Assembly: GCA_963700855.1 (NCBI GenBank)
Contig: CAVOYV010000001.1
Location: forward strand, 853,881-917,880
Origin: an uncultured Actinomycetes bacterium
Lineage (GTDB): Bacteria; Actinomycetota; UBA4738; HRBIN12
Reading direction: 5' to 3'
DNA: 64,000 bases
Shown: positions 36,546 to 45,578 of the stretch, piece after piece
How positions within the stretch are numbered: position 1 is the stretch's first letter
Layout of the letters: each line of letters starts with the position of its first letter
The notes under the pieces: model-generated
Seen by the model: the letters and a program-made list of their open reading frames with translations, nothing else
Told to the model about the DNA's origin: nothing
Databases searched by the model: none
Position numbers and translations under genes: made by a program

Positions 36546-37597
36546 GAGGCCGCCCCGAACTGCTCGAGGAACCGCACGTCGGTGTCGACGAGCATCCGCA
36601 TATCGGGGATCGAGTACTTCAGCAGGGCGATCCGCTCGATCCCCACGCCGAACGCGAAGCCCGTGTAACGCTCACTGTCGTACCCGCAGTTCTCCAAGAC
36701 CTGCGGGTGGACCATGCCGGCGCCGAGCAACTCGATCCAGCCGTTGCCGCAGACGCGGCATCCCACCCCGTCGCAGATGAAGCACGACACGCCCACCTCA
36801 GCCCCGGGCTCCACGAACGGGAAGTACGCCGGACCGAGACGGACCTTGCGGGTCTCACCGAACAACCCGCGGGCCATGGCCTCCAGCGTCCCCTTCAGAT
36901 CGGCGAACGTGATGCCCTCGTCGACCACGAGCCCCTCGACCTGATGGAACACGGCGAGGTGCGTGGCGTCGGGGCTCTCGCGCCGATAGACGCGCCCGGG
37001 GGCGATCACGTACACGGGGGGGGGCTGCGACTGCATCGTTCGGATCTGGACCGCGCTGGTCTCGGTCCGGAGCAGCAGCTCCGGGTGGCCGGGGATCGCC
37101 ACGTACAGCGAGTCTTTCATCGTGCGCGCCGGATGATCCGACGGGATGTTGAGCGCCTGGAAGTTGTGCCAGTCGTCCTCGATCTCCGGTCCTTCCGCCA
37201 CCCGGAACCCGAGGCGGGTGAAGACCTCGACCACCTCGTCCTCCACCAAGGTGAGCGGATGGAGCGATCCCTCGGGGAGGCGGCGGCCGGGCAGGCTCAG
37301 ATCGACCCGGTCGGCATCGAGCAGCAGGCCTTCGGCTTGGGCGCGGAGCGCGTCGCGGCGGGCTTCGAAGCCTTCCTGCAGGGTCGCCCGGACCTCGTTC
37401 GCGAGACGGCCCAGCTCACGCCGGTCATCCTCTGGGAGCCCTCCGAGGCTCCGTTGTACCTCGCTGAAGGCCGACTTCCGGCCGATCACCGCCACCTGCG
37501 CGGCCTCGAGATCGTCGAGCGTCGTGGCCGCGGCGGCGAGGGCCAGGCCCCGATCCCGTTCGGCATCGAGGGTGTGGCGCATCTCGGCGGCGTCCAT
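36542..37597 (-). CDS. pheS: phenylalanine--tRNA ligase alpha subunit
   Basis: GSLHP, NFQALN...HPAR, LRTETS, GRVYR, FHQVEG, YFPFVEP, GFAFGVGIER. ATG at 37597; TAGACT at 37606..37611. Confidence 0.97.
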   Translation of the reverse strand: MDAAEMRHTLDAERDRGLALAAAATTLDDLEAAQVAVIGRKSAFSEVQRSLGGLPEDDRRELGRLANEVRATLQEGFEARRDALRAQAEGLLLDADRVDLSLPGRRLPEGSLHPLTLVEDEVVEVFTRLGFRVAEGPEIEDDWHNFQALNIPSDHPARTMKDSLYVAIPGHPELLLRTETSAVQIRTMQSQPPPVYVIAPGRVYRRESPDATHLAVFHQVEGLVVDEGITFADLKGTLEAMARGLFGETRKVRLGPAYFPFVEPGAEVGVSCFICDGVGCRVCGNGWIELLGAGMVHPQVLENCGYDSERYTGFAFGVGIERIALLKYSIPDMRMLVDTDVRFLEQFGAAS

Positions 37598-37639
37598 GGT
37601 GGGCGAGTCTAGCAACCGGGTTTCGGCGCCCCTGCGCGC

Positions 37640-39061
37640 TCAGGCTGGCAAGGGCAGCTCGACGTGGAGCGATAGCTCGCCCCCGTGGACCTCGGCCCAC
37701 GCGCGCCCTCCCTGGGCTTCGGCGACGCCGCGTGCGACGTACAGACCGATCTTGCTCCCGCCCCCCTGACCGGGTCGGCGGGGACGGAAGAGACCCTCGG
37801 CCGCCTCGTCGTCGAGGTCGACGCCCGCCCGCGTGGCCACCAGGTGCACGGTGTCGTCCCGGCGTTCGGTGCGCACCTTGATCGAGCCCTCGGATCCCCA
37901 CCACACGAGGGTCTCAGCGAAGGACAGCACCATGGTCTTCATCCGTGTGGGGTCGAGGAAGAACGGCCCCGGATCTCCCTCCCACTCGATCGGAGGATGC
38001 TCCGGGTCGCGAGCCTGCATCTGCGCCAGCCCGGTCACCAGGTCGCCCAGGTCGGTCTGGTCGGGGAACAGGTCCAGCGCACCGGCCGCCACGCGCGCGG
38101 CGTCGACGAGCAGGCGGACGATCTGATCCATCCGATCGGCGTCGTGGACGATCCCACGGAGCATCAGTTCGCGCTGGTCGTCGGACATCTGCTCCCAGCG
38201 TCGTTCGAGCGCGTACCCGAACCCCTTCATCGCGGTGAGCGGCGATCGGATGTCGTGGGCGGCCGCGGCGATGAGATCCTCCAGCTCCGCGCCCCGACCG
38301 ACCCGGCGCCGCGCATGATCGAACAGGCAGACGGTGGCGGCGGCGGCTAGGTTCAACGATTCGGCGGCACCTTCGTGCGGCACACGCACGGTCACGTCGG
38401 CGAGCGACGCCACGTCCTGCGGGAGCCCGTGGGCCTCGTTCCCGAACACGAACGCCACGGGTCCGGACAGGTCGGTCGAGTACAGGCTCTCGGCGCCGTG
38501 CGCGTCCATGGCGAGGACCCGGTATCCGAGACCCCGCGCGTGCTCGATCGCTCCGGCGGCGTCGGCGTCCCGGACGATGGGCAGGTGGAACACGGACCCG
38601 GCAGACGCTCGCACCGTCTTCGTGTTGTAGACGTCGACCGAGGTCGCCGTGAAGACGACCCCGCTGCCTCCCGCGGCGTCCGACGACCTGAGCACGGTCC
38701 CGGCGTTCCCCGGGTCGCGGACCTCGTGCAGGATCGTCAGGCACCCCTCCGCGGGGAGCGCATCGAGCCCCACGTCGACGAACGGTGCGATCCCCAGCAG
38801 CCCTTGCGGGGTGACCGTGGAGGTCAGCTTCCGCATCAGGTCCTCGCCGACGTGGTGGACCTCCACGCCCGCCTGCGAGGCGCGGATCGCCCACTCGTCG
38901 AGCGGATCGACCACGAACAGGGTCTCGAGCCGCTCGGCGGCGAGCGCCTCGCCGACGCCCTGCGCTCCTTCGACCAAGAACCGACGGTCCCCCTCGCGGA
39001 AGGCTCGCTTCTTGAGACGGATGGCCGCGGCGACCCGCGGGTTCTTGAGGCTGGTCAGCAC
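37640..39061 (-). CDS. TrmH/SpoU RNA methyltransferase fused to a HisKA plus degenerate HATPase_c module
   Basis: SPOUT motifs RDPGNAGTVLR, FGNEAHGL and ESLNLA (about 38310..39061). These continue without a stop into AHDIRSPLTAMKG...LFRP...SKIGLYVARGVAEAQGG. Confidence 0.88.
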   Translation of the reverse strand: MLTSLKNPRVAAAIRLKKRAFREGDRRFLVEGAQGVGEALAAERLETLFVVDPLDEWAIRASQAGVEVHHVGEDLMRKLTSTVTPQGLLGIAPFVDVGLDALPAEGCLTILHEVRDPGNAGTVLRSSDAAGGSGVVFTATSVDVYNTKTVRASAGSVFHLPIVRDADAAGAIEHARGLGYRVLAMDAHGAESLYSTDLSGPVAFVFGNEAHGLPQDVASLADVTVRVPHEGAAESLNLAAAATVCLFDHARRRVGRGAELEDLIAAAAHDIRSPLTAMKGFGYALERRWEQMSDDQRELMLRGIVHDADRMDQIVRLLVDAARVAAGALDLFPDQTDLGDLVTGLAQMQARDPEHPPIEWEGDPGPFFLDPTRMKTMVLSFAETLVWWGSEGSIKVRTERRDDTVHLVATRAGVDLDDEAAEGLFRPRRPGQGGGSKIGLYVARGVAEAQGGRAWAEVHGGELSLHVELPLPA

Positions 39062-39100
39062 GCGGACCCCCCGGAGCTCCGGGCGTTCGGAGCTACGGGC

Positions 39101-39106
39101 GAGTCT
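39101..39106 (-). promoter_or_regulatory. -10 element TAGACT for the TrmH-kinase fusion gene; leader hairpin at 39074..39093
   Basis: agtcta on the plus strand, in the rplT/trmH intergenic gap. Same hexamer as before argF, pheS and metK. Confidence 0.5.
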
Positions 39107-39134
39107 ACGGGCGCGGGAGGTCGCGGCGTGGGAT

Positions 39135-39497
39135 TCAGGCCGCAGCCGAGGCGGACTTCACCGTCTCAACGAGCGATGCGAAGGCCTTTGGGTCGTTCAC
39201 GGCGAGGTCGGCGAGGATCTTGCGGTCGACCTCGATGCCGGACGTCTTGAGGCCGTTGATGAACCGCGAGTACGAGATGCCGTTCGTCCGGCATGCGGCG
39301 TTGATCCGGGCGATCCACAGCCGGCGGAACTGCGCCTTGCGGTCTCGCCGATCGCGGTAGGCATAGACGCCGGAGTGCTGGACCTGCTCCTTCGCGGCGC
39401 GGTACCGGATCCGGCGGGAGCCGGTGTAGCCCTTCGCCGCCTCGAGCACCTCGCGGCGCTTCTTCTTCGCGTGGACGGAACGCTTCACTCGGGCCAT
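39135..39497 (-). CDS. rplT: 50S ribosomal protein L20
   Basis: MARVKRSV...AKGY...YAYRDRR...[12 protein letters not shown]...YSRFI. Confidence 0.98.
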   Translation of the reverse strand: MARVKRSVHAKKKRREVLEAAKGYTGSRRIRYRAAKEQVQHSGVYAYRDRRDRKAQFRRLWIARINAACRTNGISYSRFINGLKTSGIEVDRKILADLAVNDPKAFASLVETVKSASAAA

Positions 39498-39501
39498 CGG
39501 G

Positions 39502-39699
39502 TCACCTCGCCAACAATCGCTTGATCTTCTTCTGCTCACCCGTCGAGGCGACCTCGGCCATGCCCTCGACACGACGGCGGCGGCTCCCGCTCTTCTTCGT
39601 GAGCATGTGGTTGCCGGTGGCCTTCCGGTGGATCACCTTCCCACGACGCGTCACGCGGAAGCGCTTGGCGGAGGAGCTGTGGGTCTTCATCTTGGGCAT
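39502..39699 (-). CDS. rpmI: 50S ribosomal protein L35
   Basis: [17 protein letters not shown]...HMLTKK. Confidence 0.97.
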   Translation of the reverse strand: MPKMKTHSSSAKRFRVTRRGKVIHRKATGNHMLTKKSGSRRRRVEGMAEVASTGEQKKIKRLLAR

Positions 39700-39709
39700 G
39701 GGTTCGTTC

Positions 39710-40423
39710 CTAACTTCCGTCGGATGCGGGGTCCGCGTCCGCCATCGCAGGTGCGTCCTCGGGAGCGTCGGGTGTCTGCGAGGCGTCGGTCATCTCCGCC
39801 ACGGCGGAGGGCTCTGCCTCGTCGACGGGCTCCGGCGCTGCGGGCTCGACGTTGGCGGCTGCGGCGGCGAGCCGCGCCTCTTTCGCCTGCTGCTTCGCCA
39901 GCTCCTCGAGGTAGCGCTTGTTGGGCGAGATCACCATGATCATGTTCCGCCCTTCCTGCTTGGGCATCGACTCCACCACGACCAGTTCGCCCAGATCCAC
40001 GACCAGCCGGTCCAAGATCTTGCGGCCCAGGTCCGTGTGCGCCATCTCGCGCCCCCGGAACATGATCGTGACCTTGACCTTGTTGCCGGCCCGCACGAAC
40101 CGCTCGACGTGGCCCTTCTTCGTGCCGTAGTCGTGCGGGTCGATCTTCGGGCGGAATTTGATCTCTTTCAGGCCGGTGCGCGATTGCTTCTTGCGCGCTT
40201 CCTTGAGCTTGACGTCTCGCTCGTACTTGAACTTCCCGTAGTCCATGATGCGGGCCACGGGGGGATCGGCCTGTGGGGCGACCTCGACGAGGTCCAGATC
40301 CAGTTCGCGGGCCTGACGGAGCGCATCGCGGGTGTCGACCACCCCGATCTGCTGGCCGTCGGCGCCCACCAGGCGAACCTGGCCGGACCGGATCCGGTCG
40401 TTGATACGCGGATCGGTGGAGAC
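39710..40423 (-). CDS. infC: translation initiation factor IF-3, probably with a non-canonical start
   Basis: RINDRI...VRLVG, LDLVEVAP, ARIMDYGKFKY, KEIKFRPKI, FRGRE. The SD AGGAGG is followed by an in-frame TGA and then GTC at 40423; the ORF-track start 40369 would cut the conserved N-terminus. Confidence 0.93.
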   Translation of the reverse strand, partial: VSTDPRINDRIRSGQVRLVGADGQQIGVVDTRDALRQARELDLDLVEVAPQADPPVARIMDYGKFKYERDVKLKEARKKQSRTGLKEIKFRPKIDPHDYGTKKGHVERFVRAGNKVKVTIMFRGREMAHTDLGRKILDRLVVDLGELVVVESMPKQEGRNMIMVISPNKRYLEELAKQQAKEARLAAAAANVEPAAPEPVDEAEPSAVAEMTDASQTPDAPEDAPAMADADPASDGS

Positions 40424-40500
40424 CCCGCATCACCTCCTACATGAACGAGCACCGGCTGCGCCGGTGCATGGTGGACACATCACAACGACACGACCTGCGA

Positions 40501-40506
40501 AGTATA
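40501..40506 (-). promoter_or_regulatory. -10 element TATACT of the infC-rpmI-rplT operon; 8-bp leader hairpin at 40449..40467
   Basis: agtata on the plus strand; hairpin gcaccggc-tgc-gccggtgc just above the SD. Confidence 0.55.
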
Positions 40507-40551
40507 GGGGCCGGGTCGGACGCACGACCATGCGGTGATCCCGATCCGAGC

Positions 40552-40902
40552 CTACCAATCCGGCTCCAGGGGCCGCCCGTACGGGTCCTCGAGCCGCAGG
40601 CTGTCGTCCTCGCTCGTGTAGCCGTAGGCGATCTCGAGGATCCGCCCCGGAGCGTCGCCGACGCACCGGATCCGGTGGGTCTGCTCCGCCGGGATCATGA
40701 ACTCGTCACCGGGCGCCGGCTCGGCGAGGGCATCGCCAACCTCGATCTGGAGCCCGGGGTCGAGCACGACCCAGGTCTCGTCCCGCATCCGGTGGTAGTG
40801 GACGCTGGTCTCGGCACCCGGCTGGACCGTCACGACCCTGACGGACGACGGCTGGTTCAGGGCATAGGTGGCGACCGTGCCCCACGGCTTCTCGATGATC
40901 AT
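40552..40902 (-). CDS. cupin protein (type II mannose-6-phosphate isomerase C-terminal-like)
   Basis: EKPWG, SVHYHRMRDETW, THRI, EDDSLRLEDPYGR. The ATG overlaps the ribH stop. Confidence 0.85.
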   Translation of the reverse strand: MIIEKPWGTVATYALNQPSSVRVVTVQPGAETSVHYHRMRDETWVVLDPGLQIEVGDALAEPAPGDEFMIPAEQTHRIRCVGDAPGRILEIAYGYTSEDDSLRLEDPYGRPLEPDW

Positions 40903-41372
40903 CGTGGATCCTCCAACTGGCGCAGGACCGAGACCGTCTCGAGGCCGGCCACGGCCGCTTCCCAGCCCTTGTTGCCGTGCGTGCCACCTGCGCGGGCCTG
41001 CGCCTGCGCGAGGTCGTCGGTCGCGAGCACCTCGAAGATCACAGGCACGCCGGTGGTCCGGGACACCTCCGCGATCCCGCGCGCCGCCTCGTTCGCGACC
41101 AGCTCGAAGTGCGCCGTGTCGCCCCGGATCACCGCGCCGAGGCACAGGATCGCGTCGTGCGACCCCGACGCGGCGAGCTTCGCGGCGACGACCGGGATCT
41201 CGAAGGCGCCAGGCACCCAAACGACGACGATATCGTCGCTCGACACGCCGTGATGCGCGAGACCGTCGAGGCACCCGTCGACCAGCGCAGACGTCACGGT
41301 CTCGTTGAAGCGCGCCGCGATCACAGCGACGCGCCGGCCGGCGCCGACGGGCTCGCCGCGGACGACCCTCAT
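40899..41372 (-). CDS. ribH: 6,7-dimethyl-8-ribityllumazine synthase
   Basis: ARFNETVT, VPGAFEIP, LGAVIRGDTAHFE, GNKGWEAA. Confidence 0.96.
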   Translation of the reverse strand: MRVVRGEPVGAGRRVAVIAARFNETVTSALVDGCLDGLAHHGVSSDDIVVVWVPGAFEIPVVAAKLAASGSHDAILCLGAVIRGDTAHFELVANEAARGIAEVSRTTGVPVIFEVLATDDLAQAQARAGGTHGNKGWEAAVAGLETVSVLRQLEDPR

Positions 41373-41382
41373 CTGCCCGCCC

Positions 41383-42648
41383 TCACCCGTTGGCCTCCGG
41401 GAGCTCGAGGAGGTGGCCGAGCTTCTCACGCTTCGCACGTAGGTAGTCGACGTTGTGAGGGTTCGGCTCGATCTCCAGGGCGATCCGTTCATCGATCGCG
41501 AGCCCATAGCCCTCGAGGCCTGCGCGCTTGTCGGGATTGTTCGTGAGGAGCCGCATCGTGACGACGCCCAGGTCCGTCAGGATCTGGGCACCGATGCCGT
41601 AGTCGCGCTGGTCGGCGCCGAAACCCAACTCGAGGTTCGCCTCGACCGTGTCGCGGCCCTGGTCCTGGAGCTCGTAGGCGCGGAGCTTGTGGGTCAGGCC
41701 GATCGCGCGGCCCTCGTGGCCACGCACGTAGAGCACGACCCCGCGACCCTCCTTCCCCACCATCGCGAGAGCCTGCTCGAGCTGGTGGCCGCAGTCGCAG
41801 CGCAGCGACCCGAAGACGTCACCGGTCAGGCACTCGGAGTGGACGCGCGTGAGGACGCTCATCCCGTCGCCGATCTCTCCGAGGACGAGCGCGATGTGGG
41901 TCCGGCCGTCGATCAGGCTCTCGTACCCCACGGCTCGGAAGTCGCCCCACTCGGTCGGGATCGCGGCCTCAGCGACGCGCGCCACCAGCACCTCGCGGTG
42001 GCGTCGATACTCGATCAGGTCCGCGATCGAGATCAGCTTGAGGTCGTGCTCGCGGGCGACCCGGATCAGCTCCGGCAAGCGCGCCATCGTCCCGTCCTCG
42101 TTCATGACCTCGCAGATCACCCCTGCGGGGAACAGCCCGGCGAGGGTGGACAGGTCGACCGCCGCCTCGGTGTGCCCGGCACGGCGGAGCACGCCGCCTT
42201 CCTTGGCCCGCAACGGGAACACATGGCCGGGCTTGAGGAAGTCGGCCGGCTTCGCCCCGAGGTCGGCGATCGCCCGGGCGGTCGCGGCTCGGTCCTGCGC
42301 ACTCGTGCCCGTCGTGATCTCGGGGCCGTAGTCGATCGAGACGGTGAACGCCGTTTCGTCCCCGCCGTTCGCACTCACCATCTGCGGGATCTGGAGCTCG
42401 TCGAGCCGCCACGCCGCGACCGGCAGACACACGATGCCCCGCCCATGGGTGACCATGAAGTTCACGTCTTCTTGGGTGCACTTCTCGGCCGCGATGATGA
42501 AATCGCCTTCGTTCTCGCGGTCGGCGTCGTCGACGACCAGGATCATGTTGCCCTCGCGGATGTCGTCGAGGGCTTCCTCGATCGTCGAGAAGACGGTTCG
42601 GTCGACGCCGCTCGCGTCGTCGGCCTGCTCCAGCTGGTCACTCATCAC
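41383..42648 (-). CDS. ribBA: bifunctional DHBP synthase / GTP cyclohydrolase II
   Basis: [59 protein letters not shown]. Confidence 0.97.
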   Translation of the reverse strand: MMSDQLEQADDASGVDRTVFSTIEEALDDIREGNMILVVDDADRENEGDFIIAAEKCTQEDVNFMVTHGRGIVCLPVAAWRLDELQIPQMVSANGGDETAFTVSIDYGPEITTGTSAQDRAATARAIADLGAKPADFLKPGHVFPLRAKEGGVLRRAGHTEAAVDLSTLAGLFPAGVICEVMNEDGTMARLPELIRVAREHDLKLISIADLIEYRRHREVLVARVAEAAIPTEWGDFRAVGYESLIDGRTHIALVLGEIGDGMSVLTRVHSECLTGDVFGSLRCDCGHQLEQALAMVGKEGRGVVLYVRGHEGRAIGLTHKLRAYELQDQGRDTVEANLELGFGADQRDYGIGAQILTDLGVVTMRLLTNNPDKRAGLEGYGLAIDERIALEIEPNPHNVDYLRAKREKLGHLLELPEANG

Positions 42649-43232
42649 TCGGCCCTTTCCATCAGGCGTTCCACGTACTTCGCGATCACGTCCACCTCCA
42701 GGTTCACCGGGTCGCCGGCACGAGCAACGCCTAGGGTGGTCACGTCCAAGGTGTGTGGGATCAGCGCCACCCCGATCCGGTCGCCTTCCTCGGAGGCCAC
42801 GGTGAGGCTGATGCCGTCGATCGAGATCGAGCCCTTGTGCACGACGTATCGGAGGAGGTCGTCGGGCAGGCGCACGTACAACCAGGCGCCGCCGTCGTCC
42901 GGCTGCGGCTCGAGGCCGACGACCTCGCCCACACCGTCGACATGACCCTGCACCATGTGTCCGCCCAGACGGGCTGCGAGGCTCACGGGGCGCTCCAGGT
43001 TCACCGGGTCGCCGGGAGCCAGGCGCCGAAGGCTCGTACGCGCGAAGGTCTCCTCAGATACGTCGAAGGCGAGCGAGGAGTCGGTGCGCTCGACCACGGT
43101 CAGGCAGGTGCCGTTCACCGCGATCGACGCCCCGATGCCGCTGTCGGCGGTGACGACCGAGCAACCAACCGTCAGCCGGTGGTCCGTCAGGGCGAGCACC
43201 TCGCCTCGCTCCTCAATGATCCCCGTGAACAC
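42645..43232 (-). CDS. ribE: riboflavin synthase alpha chain
   Basis: [44 protein letters not shown]. Confidence 0.97.
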   Translation of the reverse strand: MFTGIIEERGEVLALTDHRLTVGCSVVTADSGIGASIAVNGTCLTVVERTDSSLAFDVSEETFARTSLRRLAPGDPVNLERPVSLAARLGGHMVQGHVDGVGEVVGLEPQPDDGGAWLYVRLPDDLLRYVVHKGSISIDGISLTVASEEGDRIGVALIPHTLDVTTLGVARAGDPVNLEVDVIAKYVERLMERAE

Positions 43233-44322
43233 GCGCCTCCACCTTCAGGTCGGGGCCGATCCGTTCGACCCGTTCGAACTCGAGCGGCAAGGCCGCATCG
43301 ACCGGGGAGAACCCGCCGCCGGTGATCACGCCCGTCGCCGCCGCCCCGCCCAGGATCTTGGGGGCGAGGTACAGCACCACCCGGTCCACGAGCCGGTCGC
43401 GCACGAAGCTCCATGCGAGCGTCGCGCCCCCTTCCACCAGCACCCCTTGAACGTCGCGCTTACCGAGCGCGCGCATCAAGGCGTCGAGATCGACGCTCCC
43501 CGACGCATCCCGGTCGAGCACGAGGACGTCGGCCGCGGCCTGCACCCACGACTCGATCCGGTCCTCGGGTGCTCGCTCGGTCGTCGCCACCAGCGTCGGC
43601 GCCGCGTCGTCGAAGACGCCGGCGGTCGCCGGCACACGCCCCGCGGAGTCCACGACGACGCGGAGCGCCGCGCGCGCGTCCGCCCAGCGCTCGTCGCGCA
43701 CGGTGAGCGCCGGGTCGTCCTCCAGCACGGTGCGGGAACCGATCACGATCGCGTCGGCCCATGCGCGGAGCCGATGAGCATCCGCGCGCGCCTCCTCCGA
43801 GGTGATCCACTTGGATGAGCCGTCGACCGCGGCCGTCTTCCCGTCGAGGGTGGCCGCCGACTTCAAGATCACGAACGGCCGGCCGCTGGTCACGTGGCGC
43901 TCGAACGCGGCGTTCTGCCGGCGCGCCTCGTCCTCGAGCAGGCCGGCCTCGACCTCGATCCCCGCGGCGCGCAGCTCGGCGAGGCCCGGTGCGTCGCCGT
44001 CCAGGTTCGGGTCGGTCGCTGCCACGATCACGCGCGCCACCAGGGCTTCAACGAGGGCCTTCGTGCAGGGCGGGGTGCGGCCGTACCGGTTGCAGGGCTC
44101 GAGGGTGCACACGACCGTCGCGCCGCGAGCCGCGTCGCCGGCGGCCGCGAGCGCCATGACCTCGGCGTGAGCGGTGCCGGGTCCCTCGTGCCACCCCTCG
44201 CCCACGACGTCGCCCGAGGGCGACACGACGACCGCCCCCACGAGCGGGTTCGGAGAGACGCGCCCCCAGCCTCGCTCGGCCAGGTCCAGGGCCCGTCGCA
44301 TGTGCGGTTCGTATCCGTCCAC
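43213..44322 (-). CDS. ribD: bifunctional diaminohydroxyphosphoribosylaminopyrimidine deaminase / reductase
   Basis: SPNPLVGAVV, HAEV, TLEPCNRYGRTPPC, KSAATLDGK, VEGGATL. Confidence 0.96.
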   Translation of the reverse strand: MDGYEPHMRRALDLAERGWGRVSPNPLVGAVVVSPSGDVVGEGWHEGPGTAHAEVMALAAAGDAARGATVVCTLEPCNRYGRTPPCTKALVEALVARVIVAATDPNLDGDAPGLAELRAAGIEVEAGLLEDEARRQNAAFERHVTSGRPFVILKSAATLDGKTAAVDGSSKWITSEEARADAHRLRAWADAIVIGSRTVLEDDPALTVRDERWADARAALRVVVDSAGRVPATAGVFDDAAPTLVATTERAPEDRIESWVQAAADVLVLDRDASGSVDLDALMRALGKRDVQGVLVEGGATLAWSFVRDRLVDRVVLYLAPKILGGAAATGVITGGGFSPVDAALPLEFERVERIGPDLKVEARVHGDH

Positions 44323-44392
44323 GGTTCCCCCTCACCGGGGCGTGGACGACACGACGACCCCCGCTACGCAGTGCGCAGCGGCGCTCGAACGC

Positions 44393-44520
44393 GCCTGCTC
44401 CTCCCATCCCGACTTTCACGGTCGGTCCCGGGATCTCACCGGGTCAACCCGTACGTGGTTCGCACGGGCTCGCGGACTGTCACCGCCGGTGGGGACTTGC
44501 ACCCCGCCCCGGAAACAGGC
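44393..44520 (-). ncRNA. FMN riboswitch (RFN element)
   Basis: Minus strand TTCCGGGGCGGGGTGCAAGTCCCCACCGGCGGTGACAGTCCGCGAG...TGACCCGGTGAGATCCCGGGACCGACCGTGAAAGTCGGGATGGGAGG. The P1 ends pair. It lies above ribD, with a TATACT -10 at 44528..44533. Confidence 0.95.
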
Positions 44521-44648
44521 TCCACCCAGTATAGGGAGGTTCACAGGCGGATGGTCCGTTTGAGATCTACGCGCTCAAGGAGCGGCCGGTCGTCCGTGAC
44601 GAAGGAGGGTGGCGCCCACCATGCCTGGTGCGACGCGGCGCCGTACCG

Positions 44649-45578
44649 CTACTCGGCGCGACGGTCGACGGCGAAACTCGAGCCGGGCTCGCGCTTCGCG
44701 AAGGACTTCATCTCGGTCGCGACGGCGACCGCCTCGCCGTAGTGGGCGAACCGGCGCTTCGAGGTCATCGCGATGCCGACCGAGATGGCGACGAGGGGAA
44801 CATCCTGCAGGACGCCCTTGCGGTCCTCGACACGGACGAAGCCGCGCTCGAGGTCCTCGGCCTCGTAGAAGTCCACGCGGCCCTCGTCGAAACGCTCGCA
44901 GATCCGCTTCGCGACGTCCTCGGCGACGTCGGGGCCAACCACCGCGACGAAGTCGTCGCCGCCGACGTGGCCGATGAAGCCCTCGCTGCCGGCTCCCTCG
45001 ATCACCGCGTCCTGGATGATCCGCGCGGTGGCCTGGATCAAGCGGTCCCCGCGGACGAACCCCTTCTGGTCGTTGTAGGCCTTGAAGTTGTCGAGGTCGG
45101 CATAGAGGACGGCGAACTCGTGCTGCTCTCGGACCTGGCGCTCGATCTCCTCCTGGATCCGGATGTTGCCGGGCAGGCCCGTAAGCGGCGAGAGGTTCCG
45201 CATCTCCTTCGCGCGCCGCAACGTGCCCTTCACCCGTGCGAGCAGCTCGATCGGATCGAACGGCTTGATGATGTAGTCGTCGGCGCCGGACTGCAGGCCC
45301 GTCACCTTGTCGGCCGACAGGGCCTTCGCGGTCAGCATGATGATGCTCGTGTTCGCGGTGGTCGGGTTCTTCCGCAGGCGTTGGGCGACCTCGAAGCCAT
45401 CGATGCGCGGCATCATCACGTCGAGCAGGACCAGGTCGGGGCGAAGCTCGCCAGCCCTGTCGAGCGCCTCCTGTCCGTCGCCGGCGACCGCGACGTCGTA
45501 CCCGGCCGAGCGGAGGTTGACCTCGACGAAGCGAGCGATGTCCGGATCGTCGTCGACGACGAGGATCGTCTCGGGCAT
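44649..45578 (-). CDS. response regulator receiver plus GGDEF-family (GGDDF) diguanylate cyclase-like protein
   Basis: REC: ILVVDDD, DVMMP, MLTA, KPF. Then SPLTGLPGN, DLDNFKAYND and GHVGGDDF. The ATG overlaps the rpe stop. Confidence 0.92.
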   Translation of the reverse strand: MPETILVVDDDPDIARFVEVNLRSAGYDVAVAGDGQEALDRAGELRPDLVLLDVMMPRIDGFEVAQRLRKNPTTANTSIIMLTAKALSADKVTGLQSGADDYIIKPFDPIELLARVKGTLRRAKEMRNLSPLTGLPGNIRIQEEIERQVREQHEFAVLYADLDNFKAYNDQKGFVRGDRLIQATARIIQDAVIEGAGSEGFIGHVGGDDFVAVVGPDVAEDVAKRICERFDEGRVDFYEAEDLERGFVRVEDRKGVLQDVPLVAISVGIAMTSKRRFAHYGEAVAVATEMKSFAKREPGSSFAVDRRAE

